The notes below the pieces were generated by a model. It worked only from the letters and a program-made list of their open reading frames with translations. It made no database searches and was not told the origin of the DNA. Source: Nitrososphaeria archaeon (GTDB taxonomy: Archaea > Thermoproteota > Nitrososphaeria > JACIWG01). From it: DNA of 64,000 nt. A program made the translations under genes and the position numbers. The DNA lies in the NCBI GenBank assembly GCA_963752255.1, contig CAVVXT010000007.1, positions 1-64,000 of the forward strand, read 5' to 3'. Below are positions 9,929 through 20,736 of this stretch, in pieces (position 1 is the stretch's first letter; every line of letters begins with the position of its first letter).

Positions 9929-11611
9929 TTATTCTTCTCCCATTCCGCCGCCGTATCCACCCATTCCACCTGGCATACCGCCTGGTGGCGGGCTTGGAGG
10001 TCCACCCATCGTCTTACGGGATGCGATGACATCATCTATCCTCAGAAGCATCGTCGCCGCTTCAGTGGCTGCTGAAAGAATCTCCTCTTTAACAGCCGTC
10101 GGCTCGTAGACCCCAAAGTTCTTAACATCCTCAACCTTTCCAGCTATACCGTTTATGCCAACAGTTTTTCCACCTTTACTATGCTTTGCTCTAAGCTCCA
10201 CCAGGGTGTCTATCGGATTCATTCCAGCGTTTTCAGCCAGAGTTAAGGGGATGACTTCCATGGCTTCTGCAAACTTTTGAACTGCGAGCTGCACCCTTCC
10301 TGAGAGTGTTTGAGCAAATTCGAACAGTTTTGAGGCGATCTCAGCTTCAGGAGCGCCGGCACCTAGAACGATTGAAGGTTTCATCATGACATCTTTAACA
10401 ACACTCAGAGCATCATGTATTGACCTTTCAGTTTCTTCCACTACCCTCTGTGTTCCCCCTCTGATGAATAATGTCACCGACTTTGGATTCTTGCATCCTT
10501 CGATAAAGATCCATTTGCCTTCCTCGATCTTCCTCTCTTCAACATGCTTCGCGTAGCCGAGGTCGTCAGCGTTCAAATCTTCCATGGTTGTGACAACTCT
10601 GCCTCCAGTGGCTCTTGCAAGCCTTCTCATATCGCTCTCACTCGCCCTTCTGATAGTGAGTATTCCTGCCTTAGCCAGATAGTGCTGGGCTATATCATCT
10701 AGGCCCTTCTGGCAGATTAGAACGTTTGCGCCTGATTTAACAACTTTGTCAACCATACCCTTAAGCATCTCGTTTTCTTCGTCAAGGAACATCTTAATCT
10801 GTTCGGGATTATTGATGTTAATCTTAGCATCAAACTCTGTCTTCTCTATTTCCAACGGCGAATTAAGTAACGCGATATGAGCTTCAGATATACTTTTAGG
10901 CATGCCACTGTGAACAACCTCCTTATCTAGGGCTAACCCTTTAATCAGTTGGCTGTCTCTTGTGGAGCCTCCTGCCTTCTTCTCAACCTTCACATCATCT
11001 ATGTCCACCCTGATCTTGCCATCATAATCTTCCGCAACTGAAAGCAAACCGTCGACAACAAGCGAAGCCATAAACTCACCCTCTGAGGAAACCATCTTAG
11101 TAGCCATACTGGTTTTAGCGACCTTAACAAGCCAATCCCTATCCTTTGGACCGACCTTAATAGCCACAGTCTTAAGGATTTGCCTAGCCTTTTCTAACGC
11201 TTTCATGTAGCCGTCAACGATGACCATAGGGTGAACATCCTTATCCATCAGCTCTTCAGCTCTTTCAAGAAGGGCGCCAGCTAAGACTACTGCAGAAGTT
11301 GTTCCATCACCTACTTCGTTGTCGGTTGCCTTAGCAATTTCAACCATCGCCTTCGCAGCCGGATGCTGCACGTCAATATCTTTAAGGATAGTCGCTCCAT
11401 CATCTGTTATAGTAACGTCACCCATGCCGTCCACTAACATCTTATCCATTCCACGTGGGCCTAAGGATGACTTAACGAGTTCGGCCACTATTTTCGCGGC
11501 CATTATGTTGTTTTTTTGCGCGTCTCTGCCTTTTGTTTTAGACGTGCCCTCTTTTAATATTAAAACGGGTTGACCTGAGGAAGTCACACCTGACATTGCT
11601 GTTGTTGACAT
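9929..11611 (-). CDS. Thermosome subunit (group II chaperonin)
   Basis: SLGPRGMDKMLV, GDGTTS, Gly/Met-rich C-terminal tail. Confidence 0.97.
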   Translation of the reverse strand: MSTTAMSGVTSSGQPVLILKEGTSKTKGRDAQKNNIMAAKIVAELVKSSLGPRGMDKMLVDGMGDVTITDDGATILKDIDVQHPAAKAMVEIAKATDNEVGDGTTSAVVLAGALLERAEELMDKDVHPMVIVDGYMKALEKARQILKTVAIKVGPKDRDWLVKVAKTSMATKMVSSEGEFMASLVVDGLLSVAEDYDGKIRVDIDDVKVEKKAGGSTRDSQLIKGLALDKEVVHSGMPKSISEAHIALLNSPLEIEKTEFDAKININNPEQIKMFLDEENEMLKGMVDKVVKSGANVLICQKGLDDIAQHYLAKAGILTIRRASESDMRRLARATGGRVVTTMEDLNADDLGYAKHVEERKIEEGKWIFIEGCKNPKSVTLFIRGGTQRVVEETERSIHDALSVVKDVMMKPSIVLGAGAPEAEIASKLFEFAQTLSGRVQLAVQKFAEAMEVIPLTLAENAGMNPIDTLVELRAKHSKGGKTVGINGIAGKVEDVKNFGVYEPTAVKEEILSAATEAATMLLRIDDVIASRKTMGGPPSPPPGGMPGGMGGYGGGMGEE

Positions 11612-11789
11612 TACAAAACACCTAAATTACATTATCTGCATTTTTAGAGTTTATAAGTCTTTAGTATGCCGTTCCAAAGTTCGGAAGAATAGAATTATGA
11701 ATTTGATTCATCTCATGGAAACCCTGTCAGATAATTGTTAAACTACCTATCTTCCGTTATATTTAAAGACGCGCTGGCTGCAAAGCATC

Positions 11790-12697
11790 CTAGGCAAGCT
11801 TCAATAAAATCTCTTCACGCTGAAATACTTTTATGCTAATATGAAATAAGGCTTCGTCGACAATCCCAAATAAGCCTATTAAGGCCCCGACTAACATGGG
11901 CCCAAAAAAGATTACCCCAGTAATTTGGTCAAAGAATATCGCCAGAATTGGAAGAAGCAGCAGAACACTTATCTGCTGAGCTTCTCTAAATCCTCGAACT
12001 CTTGACGATATAATAACTGTCAAGCCTATGCCTGCAAGTGCCAGAGTTGGAGTCACACCAAAACCCAACATGATCCAAAGAAGGTTGGGAAGCAGAAGCC
12101 TACCATTGAATATTCCGTATGCGGAGACATCAACTACGGTGTGGTAGGCTATGAGTGAGCCTAAGGTCATCACCATAGCAGGAACAAATTAGACCAGAAT
12201 CCTTCCCCATAACAAGATCGCCGTCCGACAGGGGAGTCGCCAACAATGCTTCTATTGTCTTCCTCTCCTTTTCTCCTGCAAAACTATCTGATGAAATTAC
12301 GCTTGAAGCCATTAATGGGATTATCAGGAGGAACGAAGCGAAGAGGTACACGGATGTTATATAGAGAACAGCCTATTGGTAATTCATTCCTGCAACATCG
12401 TTTCTTATGTTTTCGAAGGCTGTCAGTCTCTCGTATAAACTGGGGTTCTCTGTTAAGTATTCCAACTATTTCTCTGACCTTAAGAGAATCATTTCTAATA
12501 TCATATCCTCCTATCCTAGTGCTTCCAAATGAAGGAGAAATAAGGCATGCTAGCATCCTGATTGTGGTCGTCTTACCGGCACCGTTTGGCCCAAGAAGCC
12601 CGAACACCTCACCAACTCCAATCGAGAACATTATGTCGTCCACTGCAACAAAAGAATTAAATCTTTTTACTAAGCCCTCTACTTCTAAGCTGGACAT
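11790..12697 (-). pseudogene. Decayed ABC transporter: ATPase N-terminus fused by deletion to an ABC-2 permease C-terminus
   Basis: GPNGAGKTT, frameshift to TENPSLYERLTAFENI, then abruptly permease sequence (SFAGEKERKTIEALLATPL) with a stop and another frameshift. Confidence 0.85.
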
Positions 12698-12937
12698 CGC
12701 CTTTAGGGCCTGCTGCTAATTTTTAGACCTTGCGTAATTACCAAAAGGCAGAAATGCTAATAAGAGGACCAGTAAGCTGTTACAGTGAAGAAATAAATCT
12801 ACATGTGATGCTGTGCATAAGATGATGTTCCTTTTATAAAAAGTTAGTCAATGATATAGGATACCAAGAAAGTTGGTCAAAAAATCGAAAGCTTTTAAGC
12901 CATCTAACAAGTTGTTAAACAGGTTAAGTGCGCTTAA

Positions 12938-14503
12938 ATGGACTGTTTCGAATCAGATGTTTTAGTTATTGGAGGGGGAATATCAGGATGTGTGACTGCA
13001 CTAAAAGCAGCATCAAACGGATTAGAGGTCAAGATTCTGATAAAGGGTGATGGACCAGAGAAATCGAGCACCTTTCACGCCCAAGGAGGTATAGTCTACA
13101 AGGGGAAGGAAGGTGAACCTTCGCGATTGATAAAGGACATTGAGGCTGCAGGAGACGGTGTAAGTTATCCACCGGCAGTTCGAGTCTTGGCATATGAAGG
13201 CCCTAGGCTTGTCAAAGAGATACTAATAGACCAAGCCCGTGTACCCTTCGACAAAAATTCTGAAGGAGAGCTTGATCTAGCGAATGAAGCAGCCCATTCA
13301 ACTAGACGAATAATTCATGTTGCTGATTTAACAGGAAAAGCTATAGAAACAGGGCTAATGGATCTGGTTAAAAAAAGTAAAAATATAACAATTTTTCCTG
13401 AAAGAGTTGCAATAGACTTATTGACTGAAGAACATCACACCGATGACCCTTTAGCAGTATACAAGAATCCGACATGTTTAGGAGCTTACGTTTATAACGC
13501 TAAAAGAAATAAAGTCGACCTTTTCCTAGCAAAGGTAACCGTTCTCGCAACAGGCGGACTCGGCCGTATTTACCTGTTCACAACCAATCCTGAAGAAGCT
13601 ACAGGGGATGGGTTTGCGATGGCGCATAGGGCGGGAGCTAGACTGATAAACATGGAATATGTACAATTCCATCCGACCGCGTTCTGTTACAAGGAAGCAG
13701 AATGTTTCCTAATAACTGAAGCTGTTAGAGGAGAGGGAGGCGCGCTAAAGACACCCGATGGACTAACCTTTATGGAAAAATACCATCAACTTGGCTCTCT
13801 TGCGCCTAGAGATGTAGTCGCTAGGGCCATCTACGAAGAAATGTTCGAAGGCAAATATTCGTATATGATGCTGGATCTTGCATCTTACATGAAGGCTGGT
13901 AAAATACGAAAACGCTTTCCAACCGTGTACAAAACGTGCATGGAGTATGGTGTAGACATGACCGAACAGCCAATTCCTGTGGTTCCCGCAGCTCATTTCG
14001 AATGTGGTGGAGTGAAGGTTGACCTTTGGGGTAGAACAAACGTAGACCGGCTCTTCGCTGTCGGAGAAGTATCATGTACCGGAGTTCATGGAGCCAACCG
14101 TTTGGCAAGCACTTCAATGCTGGAGGGACTCGTTTGGGCCGATAGGGCTGTAAGAAAGATGGTGGAACGAAAACAGTACTACTTCAATTATAGATCTCCT
14201 ATTGTTAGAGAATGGATTTATACAGGAAATGAGACACCGGATCCGGCACTTATTCGACAAGACATGAATGTCCTCAGGTATACCATGTGGAATTATGTAG
14301 GCTTGGTAAGGACAAGGGACAGACTTAAGAGAGCTATTGCGGATCTTGAGCAACTCAATGAGGATTTAGAGAATTTTTACCGCCACTCCATGCTGACTAA
14401 AGACCTTATAGAGTTAAGAGACGCCATACAGACTGGGTTGATCGTAGCGCATTCAGCTTGGACGAACAGGCACAGTAGAGGCTGCCATTTCAGAAAGAGT
14501 TGA
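12938..14503 (+). CDS. nadB: L-aspartate oxidase
   Basis: FAD motif [47 protein letters not shown]; adjacent to nadC. Confidence 0.95.
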   Translation: MDCFESDVLVIGGGISGCVTALKAASNGLEVKILIKGDGPEKSSTFHAQGGIVYKGKEGEPSRLIKDIEAAGDGVSYPPAVRVLAYEGPRLVKEILIDQARVPFDKNSEGELDLANEAAHSTRRIIHVADLTGKAIETGLMDLVKKSKNITIFPERVAIDLLTEEHHTDDPLAVYKNPTCLGAYVYNAKRNKVDLFLAKVTVLATGGLGRIYLFTTNPEEATGDGFAMAHRAGARLINMEYVQFHPTAFCYKEAECFLITEAVRGEGGALKTPDGLTFMEKYHQLGSLAPRDVVARAIYEEMFEGKYSYMMLDLASYMKAGKIRKRFPTVYKTCMEYGVDMTEQPIPVVPAAHFECGGVKVDLWGRTNVDRLFAVGEVSCTGVHGANRLASTSMLEGLVWADRAVRKMVERKQYYFNYRSPIVREWIYTGNETPDPALIRQDMNVLRYTMWNYVGLVRTRDRLKRAIADLEQLNEDLENFYRHSMLTKDLIELRDAIQTGLIVAHSAWTNRHSRGCHFRKS

Positions 14504-14505
14504 TT

Positions 14506-14808
14506 GCGAGCTCGTTAAAGAAGTAATTAAATTTAAAAAGGATTTGAAGGCTATAATAATGGTCCAAAGTTCAAGATATTGAAGATTCTATTGCCTCCGA
14601 ATATGATGTGACATACGGGTTGAACAAACTCTACCCAAATAAAGAATTCAGCCCTAAGCAGGGATAAAGCCTTATGCCTAGTATACGTCAAATAACACTA
14701 GAAAAGGTATGGGAATCCTTAAAATATAAAAGAAACATCATGCAAGTTGGCAAGGAAATTGCACAAATGGTTAAGGGATCAAATTAAAGGATGTTTGAAC
14801 TGATATGA
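14506..14808 (+). pseudogene. nadA: Quinolinate synthase remnant with large internal deletion
   Basis: Manual translation gives ELVKEVIKFKKDLKAIIMV / VQDIED (NadA N-terminus) joined to LNKLYPNKEF / ALC / QITLEKVWESLK...EIAQMVKGSN*RMFEL (NadA C-terminus); lies between nadB and nadC. Confidence 0.85.
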
Positions 14809-15626
14809 CAAACTTCTTCGAAAGACTTCTAGAGGACGATACAGGCTTTGGTGACATAACAAGTGAAGTTGCCATCCCTGAAGATTTAGGCGCGCATTCT
14901 AGGGTGATAGCGAAGGAAGAAGGCTTAGTTGCAGGATTAAAGTACCTAAATGGATGCGTAGAAAAATTTGGTCTAAACGTCATTCTTCTGAAAAAAGATG
15001 GAGAATCCGTTAAAAAAGGCGAGGTAATTGCTCTCATCGATGGTAACGCAAGAAAAATACTTTTGATGGAAAGAACATTTCTAAACATACTCGGAAGAAT
15101 GAGTGGGATCGCAACGGCTACAAGAAGAGTAGTTGACAAGGCCAAAAACGTGAACCCTAATGTCAGGATTGCGGCAACGAGGAAAACGCTTCTAGGGCAA
15201 CTGGATAAGATTGCTGTGATAATTGGAGGAGGCGATCCCCACCGGTGGAGCCTATCGGACCATGTTCTGATAAAGGACAGCCATATAGCTTTAGTTGGGT
15301 TAGAAGAGGCTGTAAGAAGAGCGAAGAGAGCATCCTTTATCAGAAAAATTGAAGTTGAAGTCGAAAAAGTGGATGACACGGTCAAAGCCGTGAATCTGGG
15401 TGTGGATATAATATTATTGGATAACTTTAAACCCGAGCAGGTTTCTCAAGCAATTAAGCTGTTAAAAAGCAGAGGTCTAAGAAAAAAGATTCTCATAGAA
15501 GTCTCCGGTGGCATAAATGAAGAAAACGTGACCGATTATGCCAGATATGATGTCGACATAATATCTATGGGTTCTTTAACACACTCAGTTAAGAGTATTG
15601 ACTTTTCTATGGAAACGGGTCTTTAA
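14805..15626 (+). CDS. nadC: Nicotinate-nucleotide pyrophosphorylase (quinolinate phosphoribosyltransferase)
   Basis: EDDTGFGDITS, SGIAT, ATRKT, HRWSLSDHVLIKDSH, ILLDN, EVSGGI. Confidence 0.96.
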   Translation: MTNFFERLLEDDTGFGDITSEVAIPEDLGAHSRVIAKEEGLVAGLKYLNGCVEKFGLNVILLKKDGESVKKGEVIALIDGNARKILLMERTFLNILGRMSGIATATRRVVDKAKNVNPNVRIAATRKTLLGQLDKIAVIIGGGDPHRWSLSDHVLIKDSHIALVGLEEAVRRAKRASFIRKIEVEVEKVDDTVKAVNLGVDIILLDNFKPEQVSQAIKLLKSRGLRKKILIEVSGGINEENVTDYARYDVDIISMGSLTHSVKSIDFSMETGL

Positions 15627-15738
15627 CAAAGGAGAATATGGCATCATATAGTCTAAGACGAAATCGTAAGACCAAAACATTGTATTATGATAACCGCAGT
15701 TGCAAAGGATAAACCTGGAGCGACCTTAAAATGGGAGA

Positions 15739-15847
15739 TGCAGGGGGTGGGATTTGAACCCACGGAGACCTTCGTCAGCGGATCTTAAGTCCGCCCCCTT
15801 TAGCCGCTTGCGCTGACGGAGCTTTGGCCTGTCTTGGGAACCCCTGC
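15739..15847 (-). tRNA. tRNA-Leu(TAA) with 24-nt D-loop intron (15800-15823)
   Basis: Acceptor GCAGGGG/CCCCTGC, anticodon arm GCGGA-CTTAAGA-TCCGC, long variable arm, T loop TTCAAAT; BHB motif GGCC-AAA-GCT...AGC-GGCT-AAA. Confidence 0.93.
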
Positions 15848-15899
15848 ACGTTGTCAGCGCTTTTGGAAATAGTTTCTTATAAGATTAGAGGTTCACTAC

Positions 15900-16082
15900 T
15901 TAGCTTTCGATTGTTATAGCACTATTGGGGCACTGTACTTCACATGCTCTGCATCCGATGCAAGCTTCAGGGTTTACTGCTACTGCCCTACCTTTTTTAA
16001 TTTTGTAAACTCCAACAGGGCATACGCCAACGCACGTCCCGTCACCTGAACATTTACTCGGATCTATTTTCTGCTGGAGCAT
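15900..16082 (-). CDS. 4Fe-4S dicluster-type ferredoxin
   Basis: CSGDGTCVGVCP and CIGCRACEVQCP. Confidence 0.93.
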   Translation of the reverse strand: MLQQKIDPSKCSGDGTCVGVCPVGVYKIKKGRAVAVNPEACIGCRACEVQCPNSAITIES

Positions 16083-16123
16083 TTTTTGCCATCTTGGCTT
16101 CTTTTTTGAAAAATTTAAATCTT

Positions 16124-17758
16124 TTAGATTGTGCTTATTTCATCTTCGATTTCCTTCCTTATTGAATCAAGTTTCTTCATCGATTCAGGCCTTCTTTTAT
16201 TAAATTCGTCCTTTCCAATCTTCCCTGATTGCAGGCTGTCGTAGTCGCTTACAACCGCTTTTAGAGCTTGGTCGAGGTCTCTGTTAAGGCGCATTACCCT
16301 TTCTGGCTGCTTCCTTTCAGGGTTCTCTTTCGCAAAGTCTTCTGTTATTCTTACAAGGCTGTTGTTCATCTGGCTTGCTCTGCTAAGATATTCCTGTTTT
16401 AAGACGTTGAATCTTTGTTTTATTGTCTGACCAGTTCTTCTCTCTTCATATAATTCTAAAGTCGAACTTACGAGTTGAAGCTTATCCTGAACAGTATCAA
16501 AGAACTCTGAAGAGTATTCCTTTTCTTTACCTTCCTCCCTCTGGAATAGAGAGAAAGCACCGAGAAGAATTATCAACACAATCAAACCTATAGGTACAAT
16601 AGTTGTTGAAGACCAGAAAAGTTTAGGCTCGTACTCTATAATGAAACTTCCCCCTGTATACCTATCAGCATTTAAGAATGTCTTCATGGAGGGTTGTTTT
16701 GGTGCTATGCCATCAGAGAAGTCTGCTTTTATAGTATATTCATTAACGATCGCATCCAAAGGAGGAAAAGTGGTTATATTTCCTACGTATTTTCCGTTGA
16801 CAAACTTTATCATCCCTTTTGGAGCAGGATACGTTATCGTAAAAGTGTAGGTTTCGTTGAACATTACTTCCTTATCAAACAAGAATTGTTGATTAGAACC
16901 TAAGTTGGAGCTCTCATCTGGGCCAATTGGCATTACAACACTGACGCTTAAAAGGTCAGGATTAAGAATTGCGAGATTAAGTGATGTTACGTTTTTCTGT
17001 GACAAGTTCTTCAGTTGGATCATATCTGTAACTAATATTGAGCCGTCATCGTTGACTTGAAGTGTTCTCTCCGCTGTAGGAACGTCTATCAAAAGTACAT
17101 TGGAAGTAGGATCTACGCCTAAGGTCAAATTCTGATAGCTATATTTCCCCGCGACTGTATTGTTATAGATCCTGCTGTAGACCAGCTGATCAGCTAGATT
17201 TGTCGTATTTTGATAACCTGTCAGGTTCGTGAACGCTGCACCCGGAGGCACATACACTTCCGAAACTATTTTTAAGCCGCCTAGACTAACTCCAGGATAA
17301 AGTACAAGGTAAGCGTAGAATAACTGAGCACTCTCAGATGAGATTAAGTCCTGAGCAGAAAATGTCACTGACAAGTTGTATTCTAAGCCTGGGTTTAGTG
17401 TCACATCCTTTGTTGGAGCCAATCTTATGATGGTTAAGTTGCCCACTTTAGAAAATGAAACCTGGAAGTTTGGGTCAGAGACAGAATCAACCGACATTCT
17501 GTTATAGTATTGACCCGGATATGTCAGAGCTATTTCTGGAATTAACACTTGGCTTGTACCATTATTTTCTAAGAGGAAGGTGTCATTTATATAAAGTTGG
17601 CCATATTCATTGATTTCAATGCTGTGACTGAGCTGACTGTAGTAGCCTATAGATGATAAGGCATGACATGGTATAAAGTTCACATTTATTGTTAAAATGG
17701 AGAATAGTAATAATATTAATACGGCTTGAGCGAATCTAGACTTTCTTAACTTTAGCAC
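16124..17758 (-). CDS. Single-pass membrane glycoprotein, ribophorin I-like architecture
   Basis: Signal peptide, two beta-rich repeats (SHSIEINEYGQLYINDTF; ERTLQVNDDGSILVTDMI), one TM, cytoplasmic helical C-terminus. Confidence 0.6.
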   Translation of the reverse strand: MLKLRKSRFAQAVLILLLFSILTINVNFIPCHALSSIGYYSQLSHSIEINEYGQLYINDTFLLENNGTSQVLIPEIALTYPGQYYNRMSVDSVSDPNFQVSFSKVGNLTIIRLAPTKDVTLNPGLEYNLSVTFSAQDLISSESAQLFYAYLVLYPGVSLGGLKIVSEVYVPPGAAFTNLTGYQNTTNLADQLVYSRIYNNTVAGKYSYQNLTLGVDPTSNVLLIDVPTAERTLQVNDDGSILVTDMIQLKNLSQKNVTSLNLAILNPDLLSVSVVMPIGPDESSNLGSNQQFLFDKEVMFNETYTFTITYPAPKGMIKFVNGKYVGNITTFPPLDAIVNEYTIKADFSDGIAPKQPSMKTFLNADRYTGGSFIIEYEPKLFWSSTTIVPIGLIVLIILLGAFSLFQREEGKEKEYSSEFFDTVQDKLQLVSSTLELYEERRTGQTIKQRFNVLKQEYLSRASQMNNSLVRITEDFAKENPERKQPERVMRLNRDLDQALKAVVSDYDSLQSGKIGKDEFNKRRPESMKKLDSIRKEIEDEISTI

Positions 17759-17805
17759 GGCAGGTAATACAGGAAATTAATTTTAAAAGTTTCTTATCCG
17801 ACTAG

Positions 17806-19192
17806 ATGAGGGCAAGAAAGTTGGCAAAGTTCGTAAAGGAATGTACCGAGGAAAAGCTGATGGATATCCTTAACAAGACGGGTGTTAAAAGCGTAGATGA
17901 ACTCTTTAGAGACGTGCCAAGTAAGATAATTCTTGGTGAAGAGCTTAACCTGCCAGCGCCGTTAAATGATAAGGACGTTGAATCATACGTTGAGAAGGCT
18001 TTAGATAAAAACAAGGTTCCAGGAGAATATCTAGTGTTCTTGGGGGGAGGGTTACCCCATCACTATGTTCCAGCAGCGGTAGAAGCTATAGTTTCAAGAA
18101 GCGAATTCTATACCGCTTATACACCATACCAGCCCGAAATCTCACAGGGCATGTTGCAGGCTCTCTTCGAATACCAGAGCATGATATGTGATTTAACGGG
18201 CATGGACGTTGCTAACAGCTCGATGTACGATTGGGCGACCTCAGCAGCAGAGGCAATCAGAATGGTTACAAGGGTCAAAGGAAATAAGAGGGTGCTCTTA
18301 GGAGGGAACATCGGATCCGAGAGAAAGAAGGTTATAAGGACATACTTAGAGCCTCTTAATACAGAAGTCTTAGAGGTAGAGTATTCAAAAGAAAGTGGCA
18401 GAATAGATCTTTCAGACCTAGAGAAAAAGGTTTATGGATCCTCATGCTTATATTTAGAGAACCCTAACTTTTTTGGAGTTTTGGAGAAAGAAATCTCAAA
18501 GGCCGCAGAACTTGTTCACGATAACAACGGGTTGTTTGTTGTCGGCGTCGACCCTGTAAGCCTCGCCATCGTTAAACCCCCTAAAGAGTATAATGTGGAT
18601 ATCGTTGTGGGAGAGGGGCAGTCCCTGGGAGGTGCACTTAACTTTGGCGGCCCATCTCTAGGCATACTCGCATGCAGGGAAGACCCGATTCTTATAAGGC
18701 AGATGCCTGGAAGGATCATTGGAATAACAACCGATCTGGCTAACACCCAAAGAGGCTTCACAATGGTTCTTCAGACCAGGGAGCAGCACATCCGAAGGGA
18801 GCAAGCGACATCGAACATCTGCTCAAACGAGGCGCTTATGGCTGTCGGAGCACTATCGTATTTGGCGATATTAGGTTCAGAGGGATTAAGGAACTTGGCA
18901 CTAGTAAATTTATGATAGAGCTCACTACGCGAGTAAAAGACTTGCTGAAGTGACGGATACATTGGCGCCCTACTTTTCGGGAGAATTCTTCCAAGAGTTT
19001 ACTACGAAATTTGGTGGTAGAGAGCTAGATGTAATCTTCAAGAGTCTGCTTAAAAGAAGAATTATTCCGGGAACAACGCTTGGCAAGGATTTTCCCGGAC
19101 TTGAAAACGTCCTGCTGTCTTGCTTCACAGAAGTTAACGGTGTAGAAGACATAGATATATTTGCAGAAGCTGTTAAAGAGGTGATAGCATAA
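17806..19192 (+). CDS. gcvPA: Glycine dehydrogenase (decarboxylating) subunit 1, one frameshift near 18910
   Basis: EFYTAYTPYQPEISQG, QTREQHIRREQATSNICSN; continues in another frame as YDRAHYASKRL... into ORF 18950-19192. Confidence 0.93.
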
Positions 19193-19193
19193 G

Positions 19194-20663
19194 ATGTTCA
19201 AGCAGGCAAAATGGAGTGAGCCGCTGCTAAATGAGTTATCGGATAATACGTGCCTATCTGGGGGTACTATACCACAAGGCTTCCCTAAAGAACTCTACAG
19301 ACAAGAGCTTGCTCTGCCTAACATTCAGGAACCGAGAGTAGTAAGACACTTTGTTAGACTGTCTCAGATGAATTTTGCGGTAGATCTAGGATCTTACCCC
19401 CTTGGGAGCTGCACGATGAAGTACAACCCAAAAATTGCTGACAGAATCGTGTCTAACAAGAAGCTAAAATACGTACATCCACTTCAACCAAATGAAACTT
19501 GCCAAGGAATATTGCAGATACTCTATGAACTATCTCAGTACTTAATAGAGATTACAGGCACCAGTGAGGCTAGCTTAGTTCCATCTGCAGGCGCACATGG
19601 AGAACTCGTTGGCGCACTTATGATTAGAAAGGCCCTCAAAGATAAAGGAGAAGTCTTTACAAGGAAGGAGATGCTTATACCAGATTCTGCCCACGGTACC
19701 AACCCTGCAAGCGCTTCGATGGCTGGCTTCAAAGTTGTGGAGATACCGTCAGACAAAGAAGGCTTAATAGACGTTGACGCCTTAAAGAACGCAGTCGGAA
19801 AAACCACAGCTGGAATCATGCTGACGGTCCCTAACACACTTGGATTATTTGAAAAAAATATCCTTGACGTTGTTAAGATAGTCAAAGAAGCTGGTGGGTA
19901 CGCGTACTACGATGGAGCCAACCTCAACGCTCTCTTGGGCAAGGTCAAACCAAAAGATATGGGTTTCGATATAGTTCATCTGAACCTCCACAAGACGTTT
20001 GCCACCCCACATGGAGGTGGAGGCCCAGGCGCAGGCCCAATCTGTGTGTCAAAAGAGGTTGAGGACTATCTCCCAGTTCCCTTAGTTGAACATGATGCCG
20101 GCAACTATTTCCTATCGTACGATCATCCTAAAAGCATTGGTCATGTCAAGGGATTTATGGGAAACATAAGCATACTGGTCAGAGCCTATACGTACATCAG
20201 ACTTCTTGGGGGGAGGGGGTTGAAGGAAGTTTCGGAGAGAGCAGTCCTCAACGCAAACTATCTATTATCGCTATTAGATCGGGAGTTTTATGACGTACCC
20301 TACGGTATGAGCGCACCGAGAAAACATGAGTTTGTTGTGAAAGTTTCGGAGAAACTGATTGCCAAAGGGGTTACGACAAAGGACATCGCAAAGACGCTAT
20401 TAGATTATGGCGTTCACGCACCAACCATATATTTCCCGTTGGTGGTAGAAGAAGCTCTGATGATCGAGCCCACGGAAACAGAAAGCTTTGATGAAGTAGA
20501 AGCATACGCCAAGATAATGAACGAAGTCGCGTCAAGAGCGTATAGCAGTCCCGAAAATGTACGCGGAGCACCATATAATACAAGCATAGGCAGGCTAGAT
20601 GAAGTTAAGGCATCACACCCGAGGACTTTGCGGATGAACTGGAGGAATACCGGAAAAGACTAA
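19194..20663 (+). CDS. gcvPB: Glycine dehydrogenase (decarboxylating) subunit 2
   Basis: YPLGSCTMKYNP, SAHGTNPASA, PLP motif HLNLHKTFATPHGGGGPG. Confidence 0.96.
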   Translation: MFKQAKWSEPLLNELSDNTCLSGGTIPQGFPKELYRQELALPNIQEPRVVRHFVRLSQMNFAVDLGSYPLGSCTMKYNPKIADRIVSNKKLKYVHPLQPNETCQGILQILYELSQYLIEITGTSEASLVPSAGAHGELVGALMIRKALKDKGEVFTRKEMLIPDSAHGTNPASASMAGFKVVEIPSDKEGLIDVDALKNAVGKTTAGIMLTVPNTLGLFEKNILDVVKIVKEAGGYAYYDGANLNALLGKVKPKDMGFDIVHLNLHKTFATPHGGGGPGAGPICVSKEVEDYLPVPLVEHDAGNYFLSYDHPKSIGHVKGFMGNISILVRAYTYIRLLGGRGLKEVSERAVLNANYLLSLLDREFYDVPYGMSAPRKHEFVVKVSEKLIAKGVTTKDIAKTLLDYGVHAPTIYFPLVVEEALMIEPTETESFDEVEAYAKIMNEVASRAYSSPENVRGAPYNTSIGRLDEVKASHPRTLRMNWRNTGKD

Positions 20664-20736
20664 GAGGAAAGTAGGTCTGAAAAACTTATTGGGAGGAGAT
20701 GCCAGTCATAAAAAAGTTCTAATAGGTGTTGAATAG

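Noticed and set aside
9929-10010. Gly/Met/Pro low-complexity repeat
   Set aside because: Normal chaperonin C-terminal tail.
18913-18915. Selenocysteine or stop read-through at the gcvPA TGA
   Set aside because: The continuation is in a different frame, so this is an indel, not read-through.
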